Positions 25,886 to 40,004 of a stretch of 64,000 bases of DNA are shown one piece after another. The position numbers were made by a program, and so were the translations under genes. Origin of the DNA: Octopus bimaculoides (Eukaryota). The number at the start of each line of letters is the position of its first letter. The first letter of the stretch is position 1. Location of the stretch: NCBI RefSeq assembly GCF_001194135.2, contig NC_068984.1, positions 119,120,572 through 119,184,571 on the forward strand. Reading direction: 5' to 3'. The notes beneath the pieces are model-generated. The model did no database searches and was not told where the DNA came from. It saw only the letters and a list, made by a program, of their open reading frames with translations.

Positions 25886-26568
25886 AAGGTGGCGAGTTGG
25901 CAGAATTGTTAGCATGCCAGGCGAAATGCCTAGCAATCTTTCATTTGTCTTCACATTCTGAGTTCAAATTCTGCTGAGGTTGACTATACCCTTCATCCTT
26001 TTGGGGTTGAGGAATTAAGCACCAGTTGAGAACTGTGATTGATGTAATCGACTATCCCCCTCCCCCAAATTTCAGGCCTTGTGCCTATAGTAGAAAAGAT
26101 CATTGGTTATCATTATTATTATTATTAAAGTGATTAACTGACGGAACCATTAGCATGCTGGATAAAATGCTTTGCAGCACTTCTCTCAGTTCAAATACCA
26201 CTGAGGTCGGCTTTGCTTCCATCCTTTTGGGGGTCGATAAAATAAGTACCATTTGAGCAGTGGGATCAATGTAATTGACTTAACCCCTCTCCTTGAGCCA
26301 AAATTTGAAACCAGTATTGATGTTGTTGTTATTGTTGTTATTATCATTATTGTTAAGGCGGTGAGATGGCAGAATTGGTAGCATGTTGGACGAAATCCTA
26401 AGCAGTATTTTGTCCGTCTTCACATTCTGAGTTCAAATTCCACTGAGGCTGACTTTCCCTTTCATCCTTTCAGGATAGATGAAAAAAGTACCAGTTGAGT
26501 ACTGGGGTCAATGTAATTGACTAGTCCCCTCTCCCAAAATTTCAGGCCTTGTACCTATAGTGGAAAGG

Positions 26569-26624
<56 letters not shown>

Positions 26625-26930
26625 CGCCACCGCCGCCACCACCGTCGTTGTTAAGGCAACAAACTGGTAGAATCATTAACATGCTGGATAAAATATTTGG
26701 TGACATTTCTTTCAGCTTTACATTCTAAGTTCAATAGCCACCAAGGTTTACTTTGCCTTCAATCTTTTTGGGGGTCAATAAAATAGTACCAGTTGAGCAC
26801 TGGGGGTCGATGTAATCAACTAAATTCCCAACCCCAAAATTTCAGGGCTTGTGCCTACAGTAGAAAGACTACTACTACTTTGCTTTCCCCAAATCTGTGA
26901 CCTTGTGCCTTTTTTAGACACCATTATTAT
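25886..26930 (+). mobile_element. Head-to-tail cluster of four SINE family B copies plus a tail fragment
   Basis: Heads start near 25886, 26127, 26354 and 26653, each preceded by a (GTT)n or (TTA)n tract. Confidence 0.85.
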
Positions 26931-27479
26931 TGGTGTTGTTGTTGTATTTCTAGTATTTTCATAAGAGTTGTAGTAGTGAAACTAGGGGCAGGGAAATAGG
27001 CAAGGGGCACAGTCCAGCCCAGTTGAAGGTTTTACAGTGACAGCACTTTTTGGGCCTGCTGTTTAAGCTTAGACAGACTTAGGGGACCACAGTCACAGAT
27101 GGAAAAGCTACACCACAGTTCTACTGTACTGCTAAGTACATTTCCATTTCCCTGAGTTGTGTGCAGCATTGATTTTTAGAAATATGGAATACATTTAATT
27201 CTCTGAGTGAATTGTGTTACTTTATTGTACAGAAAGTGTATTGTGTGAGTTTGTTTGTTTTTAAGTCTGCTTTTCCATGCTAGCATGGGTTAGAAGGAAA
27301 TTTGTTAAGGCAGATTTTCTACTGCTGGATGCTCTTACTTGTTGCCAACTCTCACCTGCTGAAGTGAAAGTTTCTTACATAAGTGGCTATGAGCAGTAGA
27401 GCTGTTTTCAAAACTCTATGTAATGCGGATGCTGCAGTTGTTTAGCTCCCAGGTCGACATTAATCAAGTAGACCTATAA

Positions 27480-27688
27480 TCCTTTCTACCAGAAACACAA
27501 GGCCTGAAATTTTGTGGGAGGGGGCCAGTCAACAACATCAACCCCAGCACGTGTCTGGTATATATTTTATTGATTCCAAAAGGATGAAAGACAAAGTTGA
27601 CCTAGGCAGAATTTAAACTCAGAACATAAAGACAGCTGCTAAGCATTCTGCTTGGCATGCTAACAATTCTGCCAGTTCGCCACCTTAA
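27480..27688 (-). mobile_element. SINE family B copy abutting the MITE TTAA
   Basis: Reverse complement of the full family B unit. Its 5' ttaa is the left TTAA of the MITE. Confidence 0.75.
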
Positions 27689-27914
27689 CCCTTTTGTTAC
27701 CATATTTCTGTTGAGATGCTCTGTGTTTCTTTCAACTAATTTTAAAGATAATAAAGAATTTAGTAAAATAACTTAGTTATCATCAAGCTAGTGGTAGGAA
27801 CATAAGTTGTGACTGAGGTTTGGTGGAATATTTTAATTCAAAACTTATGAAAACAAGGCATTTGTACTACAGAGCCAGAGGTGGTTTCAGCTGGGTTGGT
27901 ATCAAAAGGGTTAA
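27685..27914. mobile_element. piggyBac-like MITE, family 1, second copy
   Basis: ttaacccttttgttacc ... ggtatcaaaagggttaa. It is closely similar to 21708-21936 over its whole length. Confidence 0.85.
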
Positions 27915-27964
27915 GTGGACTTAATTAAGAGCATTCCAGCTGTGGTTATCTCATGTTTTAGGGA

Positions 27965-28738
27965 TTTTTATTCTTTTATTCTTTTACTTGTTTCAGTCAT
28001 TTGACTGCGGCCATGTTGGAGCACCGCCTTTAATCAAGCAAGTCGATCCCAGGACTTATTCTTTGTAAGCCTAGTACTTAATATATCAGTCTCTTTTGCT
28101 GAACCACTAAGTTATGGGGACATGAATGCACTAGCATCGGTTGTCAAGCGATGTTGGTGGGGACAGACACAGACACACAAACATATACACACATACATAC
28201 ATACATATATATCATCATCATCATCATCATCATCGTTTAACGTCCACCTTCCATGCTAGCATGGGTTGGATGATTTGACTGAGGACTGGTGAAACCGGAT
28301 GGCAACACCAAGGCTCCAATCTAATTTGGCAGAGTTTCTACAGCTGGATGCCCTTCCTAACGCCAACCACTCAGAGAGTGTAGTGGGTGCTTTTACGTGT
28401 CACCCGCACGAAAACGGCCACGCTCGAAATGGTGTCTTTTATGTGCCACCCGCAATAAATATATATATATATATAAATATATATATATATATNNNNNNNN
28501 NNNNNNNNNNNNNNNNNNNNNNNNNNNNNNNNNNNNNNNNNNNNNNNNNNNNNNNNNNNNNNNNNNNNNNNNNNNNNNNNNNNNNNNNNNNNNNNNNNNN
28601 NNNNNNNNNNNNNNNNNNNNNNNNNNNNNNNNNNNNNNNNNNNNNNNNNNNNNNNNNNNNNNNNNNNNNNNNNNATAAATATATACTTATATATATATAT
28701 AAATAAATATATACTTATATATATATATAAATAAATAA

Positions 28739-28775
<37 letters not shown>

Positions 28776-28835
28776 ACGGGCTTCTTTCAGTTTCCATCTA
28801 CCAAATCCACTCATAAGGCTTTGGTCAGCCTGAGG
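27965..28835 (-). mobile_element. SINE family A with a young RTE 3' end (28212-28453) and a gap in its microsatellite
   Basis: Same nested layout as 7125-7700. Confidence 0.8.
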
Positions 28836-30421
28836 TATGTATAGGTCTGTATTATTTAATGAGTCCTTTCTTTATTAAAAACAGTAAGATGTGATCTGAG
28901 GGAGATTTGACTGCTATTTGTTGCAGATTGAGCAACATCTTAAATGTTCTTTGGTTGATTCCAATGTAAATTTATAAACCTTGGAGTGAGTATTTTTCAT
29001 TCATTTATGTTTTTACTTTATCATATTCAGTGAACCAATTACTGTAGGCACTATTTCTGCACTAATACTTCCAAGGTTCTTGTACTTCAATAGCTTTTAT
29101 TGACTTCATTAGCATATATAGATTTTCATTCTTGTCTTTTATAATGATATCAGACGTTTTTTTTTGTTTTGCTTCATTTTTTTTTTCTCCTTGTCCATCT
29201 GAACAGGCAAAATCGCAGACAATTGTAGGCAGGCCATTGTTACTGGATTTGGTGCATATTTATATCATTTATTGTTAGTGACAATATATTACCCAATAGA
29301 CAGCTGTCAACCCAGGTTTGTTCAGGGATAAATTTTCTCTTTTCTAGAACTGAGCAGGCAGAAATGATGTAATCAATTGTTTCTTTGTGTTTATTGCACA
29401 GCCTGCAGCTGATTGTTTCATTTTTTTGTTTTTTATAGATTTTTTTTTTTTGGTGAATGTATGTGTATGTGAGTATATGCGTGCATGTGAATGTATGTGT
29501 CTATGTGTATGTGTGTATACGTGTGCATATGTATGCATGCATCAGTGTATATGTCTGTGTATATGGTGTGTGCAGTGCCTAAGAATTGATTATGTGCAGC
29601 TAAAATCAGACCTTCCATTTCTGCTTTTAGCCCAGAGTTTTTGAGTCATTATTGGCTTTCATGCTGGCTTGCTTCCTCTTTATTTAGTATTTCCTGAATG
29701 TGATCTGTGACTCACTGCAGAATTATAGTGTGACAATCAATACCATTTTGGCATTTGCTTTGTTTTCTTTGACAAGATGGGCAGATAGCGATTTGGTTAT
29801 GTTGTTTTTTAAAATGTTTTTTATGGTATAATTCAAGAGTGTTGTTAGCTTGTCTCTATATTTGCTGTAATTTTTACATGTAGTAACAGAGACTATGTCA
29901 GTTGGAGAAGACAACAGTCATAAAATATACTTTTCTTTTGATTAGATGGTCTGTCGGGTTTTTGACTGTGTATGAGGTGAATGTGTGTGTGTACAACTTG
30001 TTAGGATGATAAAGAAAATGTTTGGAAAGTGTAGTCATTTTTGGAGATTTGCAATAGAAAAATTTATGGCATATGTATTCTTAGTATATTATTGTTGCAG
30101 TGTTGCACTCATTATCGTAAGATCATGGTTTCAATTTCTGGTCTGGGTGATGTTTTGTGTTCTTGAGCAAAACACTTCATTTCACAATGCCCTGTGATCA
30201 TTTGACATCTGATACATGGCATACTGTGCACCTTTACAAGTAATGTCAATTTGGAGTGAAAGAGTGAGCTAATGTACTGCAAAAATATTTGAACATCATC
30301 ATCGTTTAACATCCAAACAAATCATCTGTGCAAGTTGTTTAGCAAGAGGTTGCAGAATCTTCACCTCTCGTTTATGACAGAATAACTCACTGTTATTACA
30401 GCTTACCTTATTCTGTCTAGT

Positions 30422-30735
30422 GAAGGCATGTGGCTAAGTGGTAAGGCTCATGATTGTAAGGTCATGAGTTCGATTCCAAGTGGTGCATTGTTTCCTTGAG
30501 CAAGACTCTTTATTTTATGTTGCTCTAGTCCACTCAACTGGCAAAAATGAGTAGTACTTGTATTTCAAAGGACCAGCCTTGTCACATTTTGTATCACACT
30601 GAATTTCCTGGAGAACAATGTTAAAGGTATGCATTTCTGTGGAGTGCTCAACCACTTGCACATTAATTTCACAAGCAGACTGTTCCATTGATCAGATCAA
30701 CAGGAATCCCGGTCATCGTAACCAACTGAGTGTCA
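30422..30735 (+). mobile_element. SINE family C
   Basis: tRNA-like head (gagttcgattcc) and the motif ccactcaactggcaaaaatgagtagtac. Similar copies lie at 30085-30290 and 40648-40956. Confidence 0.75.
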
Positions 30736-30799
30736 GTAATATTCTACCTGAATGTTGTGCTCAGGAGATAATTGTAGTTTAATTATAGTTTTGCTTTAA

Positions 30800-31250
30800 T
30801 TATTATGTCATCAGTGTATGGGTTGCCTAGAAATTTTGGTTAATAGTATTAAATTTGTAGGTTTTATGAACAGTGATAGTGCAACACAATAGTCTAGAGA
30901 ATCGTTGGTTGGTAAGATAGCAGTTGGTTTCTTTGATTTATCTGTTCATGCTGCTGTTGGAGTAAGTGGCAGGAATATCACTGACATAGAATGCTATGCA
31001 TACATTGTAAGAAGATTAAAGACAGGTTGTGCACATATGGGTTGAAGAGGGTAAATAATAATAATGAACCTTGTAGCATACCATTTACAAGGCCATATTC
31101 TTGGAAAATTTTGTTTCATTTCATGGTTTTCTGGTAAGTAACAAGACAACCAACATTTGGAGCTGCCAAGAAATTTTGCTTTGTTTTTCTAGTTATTTTT
31201 AACAGTATTGTTTTTAATAACTCAATCATTTTACTATGTTGCTGTTAGCC
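30800..31250 (-). mobile_element. Highly degraded non-LTR reverse transcriptase fragment
   Basis: Reverse strand gives NGMLQGSLLFTLF, resembling a decayed GVPQGSxLxPLLF motif. Confidence 0.4.
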
Positions 31251-33290
31251 AACACTAAGAATAATGTACAATGGAGGATATTTTTATATTGTTGAAGCCA
31301 TTTAGATATTTGTTGCGAGAGATTATGAGTAATGTTGATGTTGAGGGTAGAGGTTGGAACACACAATGAGTCACAAAGAGAAAAATGTGATATCACCGAT
31401 ATTTGAGGGTATACACAGACAACTGTTGTGTCTATAAGATGTGGTTATATGAGTATTGTGAAAATTAGTAAAGGAAACATTTATTGAAACTATAGGGTTG
31501 AAGTCACTAAATTTCAAAGGAAACATTTCAAGAACTGAATATTAATATAAAGGATGGAAAGCTTTCAACAACTGAACTTTTATATATAGTTTCAAGATAG
31601 TTCTTATGCCTTACACAATAGAGCAAAGGCAGGGCATGTGACTGTTTCAGTACTTCCAGCACTTCTGAAATGAGGAGAGGCAGTTGTCCTCCAATCAAGG
31701 ACCTTGAAACTGAGTCGATATTGCAAACAGAACCCAATAAAAAGATGGTAGTGTCAAACTGGGTGACAGAGTTAGTTTACCACCCGAAAACAGAAACAAC
31801 CCATCTGATAGGCTTCCACAAAGTTTCCAACAAATAAATTTGACCCATAAAACTTTGGTCAATCCAAGGTTATGGTACACTTGCCTAAAATGCGCTGTAG
31901 TAGGATTGAACCTAAAACCACATTGTTGCAAAGCAAAATTCTTAGTCATGCATGCACTTATGACAATTAAGAAAAAGAGTTAATGTAATTATGGAGTCAG
32001 AGTATTATGACATTTTAAAATTAAGTCCTATGAAAATATTTCGTTAAATTTTTAAATAGCAGAAAAGCTAGAGGAACAGAAAATGGTGTATTCATAAGAT
32101 ATAATTTTATATGACTTTTTTTATATTTTGCACTCATGTTTTACAAAAACTTGATAGCCAGTATCATCTGCAGTGCCATCAGTTTAAGCCAAATCTTTTT
32201 TAGTTTCAGATTACTGTGGATTCTATCTCTAATTCTACTTTCAAATGCTATCCTTCTGGACTTAAAATGCTCATACAAAAACAAAAGTGACAAGAAGTTT
32301 CATTAAGTAGTTACTTTAACTTAAAATTCCTTACTTTTCCATGTTTATTAATCCTGAGTATTTCTGACCACTACATAAAATATTTCAAAATAATACAGTA
32401 TTTTAATTCCTCACTTCATACAAAATATTTTCGTTACCCTCTAGATAAGATTATAGCTCTATGAAAATCATTTAAATACTTTTTCATGGCTGGCAAAGAT
32501 TAAATATTATAATTTATACAACATAAATTGTCTTATTGCCTAAAATTATTTATAACATTCATGTAAATAATCCTTTAGCCTTTGCAGAAAAGTGTATTCT
32601 TGTACAAAACAAAGAATTAATATTTATGCTTCTCTCCAGTAGCAGTCTTCTTATCTCTATAAAATACATTGTAAATAGAAATATTGTTTTATGATTTAGC
32701 ATTTTCAAGGACTTGGTATTTTAAAAATAATAGGATAATGATTGTTAAAACCCTTCTATATCATGCTTACTTATATTTTTGTATGTCACCAAAGTCTTTG
32801 TCTTTGTGAATTACATCAAAGATAAGCCAGTCTGGTAGAAATAATCCCCCTGGAAATGTTATAATTAACTATGTGTGTCTATAAGTCTTTTAATCATACA
32901 TACTGCTTAGTCATAATTATCAAGTATTGTTTTTACAGTCTTTATCATAATACTGTACACCAGCAACTTTTAACTATTTTCAATCCATGACACACTGAAT
33001 AAAAGTGCAAATGTTGTGACATCATACTCAAAGTTACTTAAAAGTTTTTCCATACAAAAGATGAGCATTAAAATTGTTTTACTATTTAAAAGCAAGTATG
33101 AAAATGTGAAAGGACATGGCCTAGTACAGTCATGTACAAACTGCAGTTAGTGGGCCTTCCTGAATGGCAGGTTTAATGACAATTTACCTTGAATTTTTTT
33201 AGTAGCACGACCTACTTGATGATCAGTCATATCTTACATAGCCCAATTCTTTAAAAAAAATGTTGCCTATGTCAGGCCTGGTGGTTAGAG

Positions 33291-33592
33291 AAGTGGTTCT
33301 GAACAGGGGTTCATATGACCCCTGAGGGTCCATGCAAAAAAAAAATAGTAAATTAGGAATCTACAGTAGTATTTTAAGGGTCCACAAATTGTTTATTTCA
33401 AGAAATAACTAGGTTTCTTTCTCTAATGTTTTACATAGTTCAACTTTAAGCAAGTTATTGGGTGAAAAGCAAAATAGGAATTTTGAAAGAAGTACCTATA
33501 AAACTAGTTTTTGAACATCAAATGGCTATGGGGTTTCACAGAATAAAATCAAAGTGGTCCATAGATAAAAAAAAAAAAAAAATGGTTGAGAA
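33291..33592. mobile_element. hAT (Buster/Charlie-like) MITE
   Basis: Termini agtggttctgaac / ggttgagaa resemble CAGTGGTTCTCAACC-type TIRs. The right end is disrupted. Confidence 0.55.
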
Positions 33593-33771
33593 TTAGACGG
33601 CTAGAGTGTTTGCCAGATGGTCATAAAATCATGGATTCAATTCTGGGACGAGGCATTTCATTTCATGTCTACTCAGCTGAAAATTAATACAAGCACTAGT
33701 GCTGATGCAACCCTCTCTCCCTCCAGCTTTCAGTTCTTGAATATTCTGCTGGGTTAATGGTGGAAGTGCTG

Positions 33772-34149
33772 GCTGTCTTTCTCTTCTCCTACTCTCTTTT
33801 ACCTCATGTGCACAGCTATTTTATTCTGTATATGTTTTGTCCTTTGCCCCATCACCCAGCCATCTCACTCTTCACTTAATTCACCCAACATGGCCCTCAT
33901 GACCTTCCTCCCATTTCAACTAGCCTGGTTCTTGCTGCTAACTTTTACCACCATTCCTTCGAACTTTGCTTCCTCTCACACTGCTCATCTTCTTCACTAC
34001 TCATACCACTTTCCACACATCTCACACTCTCCTTATACTCTCTCTCACTCACTACACCTACCACTCCACATTATTCTTGCACCTCATTTGCCAGTCTATG
34101 AACAAAGATATTAACCTCTATCCTTTCTCTTCAAAGAAAGACAAGTGTC
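33772..34149 (+). repeat. Pyrimidine-rich segment duplicated at 38210-38597
   Basis: Collinear similarity from gctgtctttctc to gacaagtgtc in both copies. Confidence 0.85.
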
Positions 34150-35365
34150 ACTTGTGGATTCAGTTCCTGGACAAGGCACTTTATTTCATGTTTTATCACT
34201 CTACTCAGCTGAAAATTCATACAAGCACTGGTGCTGATGCAACCCTCTCCCCCCCCCCNNNNNNNNNNCCCAGCTTTCAGTTCTTGAACATTCTGTTGGA
34301 TCAACAGTGGAAATTCCAAGAGAATGTCTATATCAGCTTACTACTACATAGGCACCAAAAGCAATTAATGAAAGCATGGTACATGTTACCAAGTTATACT
34401 TGCTTGCAAGTAACAGCTTTGCTTGCTTGTGATTAAAATTGTTGTTAAACAGTGATGAAAGCATGCATTGTATTTTGGCACAAAGGAACATTATGCATTA
34501 GTGCAGTGCATTAAAAAAACTCAAATATGCAAAAACTTGCAACATGCCTGCAGACAATAAATAACATTCAAATGTGTCTCAATAATGGTTGAAAACATCT
34601 GCTATATACACTATACATTGTATATACATACAGTATTTGTAGATAGTATATGAATTTACTGTCCTATTTTTTATTTTGCATTATGTTATATTTCAGACTC
34701 CCAATTTTACATTCTGAGTTCAAATTCCACTGAGGTTGATTTTTACCTTTCACTCTTTTGAGGGTCAATAAAATAATTAACCTGTTGAGTACTGGGGTCA
34801 ATGTCATCAACAAGTGTCTCCCCAAAAATTTCAAGTTTTGTGCCTATTATAGAAAGGATTAGGTTATATTTCAGTGTGTGCATGTGTGTGTGTGTGTGTG
34901 TGTGTGCATATGTGTGTGTGCCTGCATGTATGTGTGTGTATATGAGCATGTGTGTGTGCATGCGTGCATGTATGTGAGTGTGGTGTGGTGTGGTGTGTGT
35001 GTGTGTGTATGTGCATGTGTGTATTTGTGCATGCATGTGTGAGTGTGTGTGCATGCATGTGTGTGTGTATGTGAGCATGTGTGTGTGTGCATGTGTGAGT
35101 GTGGTGTGTGTGTGAAGGTATGTGGCCTTGTGGTTAGGGTGTTGCACTCACAATCACAAGATCATGGTTTCAATTCCAAGATTGACAGACCACTATGTTC
35201 TTGAGCAAAACATTCCATTTCATGTTACTTCAAGCCATCAAGCTGTTAATGGATAACTCTGTCACAGATTGCACTTCATTCAGGAAGAGATTTCATACAA
35301 TTATATGTATATAAGCATTTGTGTTGCAAGAATACTGATGTGAAGTCATGTGTTGAAACAGATAT

Positions 35366-35591
35366 TGTTGTATTTTGGGATGGTCATTTTCCTTTTTTTT
35401 TTTTTTTGCCAAATAAACACATTCTTCACTCATTTATTACTGTTCTTATTCTAACTCATGTCAACTGCCCAGAGTTAAAATATGAACATGAGTTAAAATA
35501 TGAACAGTAATAAATGAGTGAAGAACAAATATATAGTGCATGTGTTTATTTGGCAAAAAAAAAAGAAAAATGACCATCCCAAAATACAACA
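35366..35591. repeat. Fold-back inverted repeat (about 95/105-bp arms, 26-nt loop)
   Basis: tgttgtattttgggatggtcattt...gccaaataaacacat and tcttcactcatttattactgttc are both mirrored on the right arm. Confidence 0.9.
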
Positions 35592-35689
35592 TGTATATAT
35601 TACATTGCGTACATTTGATGTGAGAAGTGATGCACATATAGTTACATAGATACATACATAGATATATGCATATACATATATATATATAT

Positions 35690-36695
35690 CATCATCATCA
35701 TCATCGTTTAACGTCCGCTTTCCATGCTAGCATGGGTTGGACGATTTGACTGAGGACTGGTGAAACCGGATGGCAACACCAGGCTCCAATCTAAATTTGG
35801 CAGAGTTTCTACAGCTGGATGCCCTTCCTAACGCCAACCACTCAGAGAGTGTAGGTGCTTTTACGTGTCACCTGCACGAAGGCCAGTCAGGCGATACTGG
35901 CAACGGCCACGCTCGAAATGGTGTCTTTTATGTGCCNNNNNNNNNNNNNNNNNNNNNNNNNNNNNNNNNNNNNNNNNNNNNNNNNNNNNNNNNNNNNNNN
36001 NNNNNNNNNNNNNNNNNNNNNNNNNNNNNNNNNNNNNNNNNNNNNNNNNNNNNNNNNNNNNNNNNNNNNNNNNNNNNNNNNNNNNNNNNNNNNNNNNNNN
36101 NNNNNNNNNNNNNNNNNNNNNNNNNNNNNNNNNNNNNNNNNNNNNNNNNNNNNNNNNNNNNNNNNNNNNNNNNNNNNNNNNNNNNNNNNNNNNNNNNNNN
36201 NNNNNNNNNNNNNNNNNNNNNNNNNNNNNNNNNNNNNNNNNNNNNNNNNNNNNNNNNNNNNNNNNNNNNNNNNNNNNNNNNNNNNNNNNNNNNNNNNNNN
36301 NNNNNNNNNNNNNNNNNNNNNNNNNNNNNNNNNNNNNNNNNNNNAGCACATTTCCAAAGGTCTCGGTCAGTAGTCATCGCCTCGGTGAGGCCCAATGTAC
36401 AAAGGTCTTGCCTCACCACCTCAGCCCAGGTCTTCCTGGGCCTACCTCTTCCACGGGTTCCCTCAACTGTTAGGGTGTGGCACTTTTTCAGGCAGCTATC
36501 CTCATCCATTCTCACCACATGTCCATACCAGCGCAATCGTCTCTCTTGCACACCATAACTGATGCTTCTAATGTTCAGCTTTTCTCTCAAGATACTTACA
36601 CTCTGACGGGTATTCACATTGACATTACACATCCAACGGAGCATACTGGCTTCATTCCTTGCGAGCTTACATATGTCCTCAGCAGTTACAGCCCA
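35690..36695 (-). mobile_element. Young 5'-truncated RTE LINE spanning an assembly gap
   Basis: Uninterrupted C-terminal frame (RLRWYGHVVRM...GRGRPRKTW) at 36345-36695. 3' UTR and (GAT)n tail at 35690-35936. Both ends abut (TA)n. Confidence 0.9.
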
Positions 36696-37634
36696 TATAT
36701 ATATATATATACATATACATACATGTACATATATATGCATATACTCATATATTGTTTGTATCACGACAGAACGCATGCGTTACCTTTATACAGTAAGTTT
36801 TAACTATTTTTCTAACACGACTCTCTCTATTTCTATCTCCCCCTCTCATTCTTCCCTCTACTGTTCTTCGCCTCTACCTGTCACTACTTCTCTCTCTCTC
36901 TCTATCTCTTGTTACTCGTCCTTCGCCTCTCACCGTTACTACTACTATCTCTCTCTCTCTCTCTACCTTTCGTTGCTCACTTTTATTCTACTTCCTCCCC
37001 TCCTTTTCCCTCTGCTACTCTTTCTCTTCACACAGCCTTGGTCACATGTGTNNNNNNNNNNNNNNNNNNNNNNNNNNNNNNNNNNNNNNNNNNNNNNNNN
37101 NNNNNNNNNNNNNNNNNNNNNNNNNNNNNNNNNNNNNNNNNNNNNNNNNNNNNNNNNNNNNNNNNNNNNNNNNNNNNNNNNNNNNNNNNNNNNNNNNNNN
37201 NNNNNNNNNNNNNNNNNNNNNNNNNNNNNNNNNNNNNNNNNNNNNNNNNNNNNNNNNNNNNNNNNNNNNNNNNNNNNNNNNNNNNNNNNNNNNNNNNNNN
37301 NNNNNNNNNNNNNNNNNNNNNNNNNNNNNNNNNNNNNNNNNNNNNNNNNNNNNNNNNNNNNNNNNNNNNNNNNNNNNNNNNNNNNNNNNNNNNNNNNNNN
37401 NNNNNNNNNNNNNNNNNNNNNNNNNNNNNNNNNNNNNNNNNNNNNNNNNNNNNNNNNNNNNNNNNNNNNNNNNNNNNNNNNNNNNNNNNNNNNNNNNNNN
37501 NNNNNNNNNNNNNNNNNNNNNNNNNNNNNNNNNNNNNNNNNNNNNNNNNNNNNNNNNNNNNNNNNNNNNNNNNNNNNNNNNNNNNNNNNNNNNNNNNNNN
37601 NNNNNNNNNNNNNNNNNNNNNNNNNNNNNNNNNN

Positions 37635-37895
37635 AACCGCTAAGTTACGGGGGACATAAACACACCAGCATCAGTTGTCAAGCAATGGTGGGGGGACAAA
37701 CACAGACACACATATATATATACATATATACAACAGGCTTCTTTCAGTTTCTGTCTACCAAATCCACTCACAAGGCTTTGGTCAGCCCGAGGCTATAGTA
37801 GAAGACACTTGCCCAAGGTGCCATGCAGTGGGACTGAACCTGGAACCACGTGGTTGATAAGCAAGCTACTTACCACACAGCCACTCCTGCGCCTA
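37635..37895 (-). mobile_element. SINE family A, near full-length, young
   Basis: Close reverse-complement match to 42738-43146. Confidence 0.85.
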
Positions 37896-40004
37896 TATAT
37901 ATATATACATATATAAACATGTATGTATGTACGTATGCATATTAACTAGTCTTATATAATGCATTAAAAATTTCAGCATTTGCTATATATATTGACTGCA
38001 TATAGGCACTATATATACTATGTTACTATACTATACACTATATATGTGTGTAGTTCTTACAGTTAATGAATATTCTACTGATCCATATTCATTATTTCAA
38101 TCCCCTTCTCCACTCCAACTCTTCTCAACACTTGTTTGCCTCCCTTTCTCTACGCAAAAATATTTCCTTTACATTCATACCATCCTTCAATGTTTCCTGC
38201 TTTCTTCATGCTGTCTTTCTCTTCTCCTACTCTCTCTCTTATCTCATGTGCACAGCTATTTTATTCTGTATATGTTCTTTTGTCCTTTGCCCCATCACCC
38301 ACCCATCTCCACTCTTCACTTAATTCACCCAACATGGCCCTCATGACCTTCCTCCCATTTCAACTAGCCTGGTTCTTGCTACTAACTTTTACCACCTTTC
38401 CTTCTAACTTTACTTCCTCCCACACTGTTCATCTTCCTCACTACTCATACCACTTTCCACACTTCTCACACTCTCCTTATACTCTCTCTCTCTCTCTCTA
38501 CCACTCCACATTATTCTTGCACCTCTTCTCTTTTCTCATTCGACTTTCTATGAACATGATATTAACCTCTTTATTCTTTCTCTCCAGGACAAGTGTCTAA
38601 AATATTGAATGTTTCACTTCTCACGTCAAACCAACTCAATGTAATTATTTTTATCCATGAAATTTTATGAATGGACTTTTTCCAGTGCAGACCAACAACA
38701 GTCTTCTTGGATTCCAGATTTTATAATCCATCTACAATCTATTGCCTTTGGTTAAAAATGACAGATATGAGGAATGAGAGAAGCTAAATGGCTCGATTAA
38801 ATACTGAACATTATAAATCACATATTTAGCTTACTGAGACTTACAACTGCTCAGCAGTGTTCATATTTGTTTCAAATTTTGGCACAAGGCCAGTAAGTTT
38901 AGGGGAGGGGATAAGTTGATTACTTTAACCTCAGTGCTCAGCTGGTACTTATTTCATAGACCCCAAAAGGGTGAAAGGCAAAGTCAGCCTTGGCAGAATT
39001 TGAACCAGCAGTGTTCATATTAAAAGATTATAGAAGGTAAAATATAAAATTGAATGCAATCCAATAGATTACAATCTGCAAACAATATGTACTATAATTT
39101 ATAATTATAAAAAATTCCATTAAAATTTTGATACTGTTTATGTTGATGTGGAATTCAAACTTTAGCAAATTAACCTCAGAACCAGATATCATCTGAAAAC
39201 CCAAGGCTAAAATCTGAACCATAATATCTTGCAGTTTCATGAAGCAAAACAGGCCTTACACATTTAAAAAACGTGGCTGCAATATACTTTACATCAACTT
39301 TTCTAATATATTGCAGTATAATATTATACACACCATATATAAATCACTAAATTACTAAATTATACTTGACACCATGTTAGTTCTTGTAAAATAACAGACA
39401 CTTAAATGATATCACTAGTATTTATGTTACACCAGCTGAGCACATCTAATATATTGTACTATGGTATGTAAATGTCAGTATTATGCTATTATTTGAAATT
39501 AATTGATCTGAAATAAAATGTCTTGGTCAAGGATACAACGCACAGCCTGGTCTAGGAATTGAACTCACTACCTTATGATTGTGAGCCGGTGCTCTAAACC
39601 ATTGAACCATGCACCTTCACATATATGGTATTTCAGATAAATCTATAACTGATGTTGAATGTTCCCAATACCAGCAACTTATTCAAATAAAAAAATCTCA
39701 TCTTTATCTCTGCTTTCAATAATTTTGCATGGTGATAAACATAAAATTTCTGTGAAATGGTCTCTTTAGCAGAGAACCCTATTGCAATCACTTGAATCAA
39801 GCATTCAGTTGAGGGATCTTTTGCCTATGAGCTGTGATCCTTCTGTGCTGACTAACAAATTAATAAGAGATAAACACATTTGATAGTTAACCAAGAAACC
39901 CGTTTTCAGATTAAGAGAAGTAACATTAAGTACTCTATTGAAGAATACATAAAATACAAGATTGTGAAGATTTTTCTGTATAGTTTCTTGATTTATCTTG
40001 TATC

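Noticed and set aside
29207-29315. Plus-strand candidate exon (KIADNCRQAIVTGFGAYLYHLL...)
   Set aside because: An open frame and acceptor of this length arise by chance, and the peptide is unrecognised. RNA-seq would be needed.
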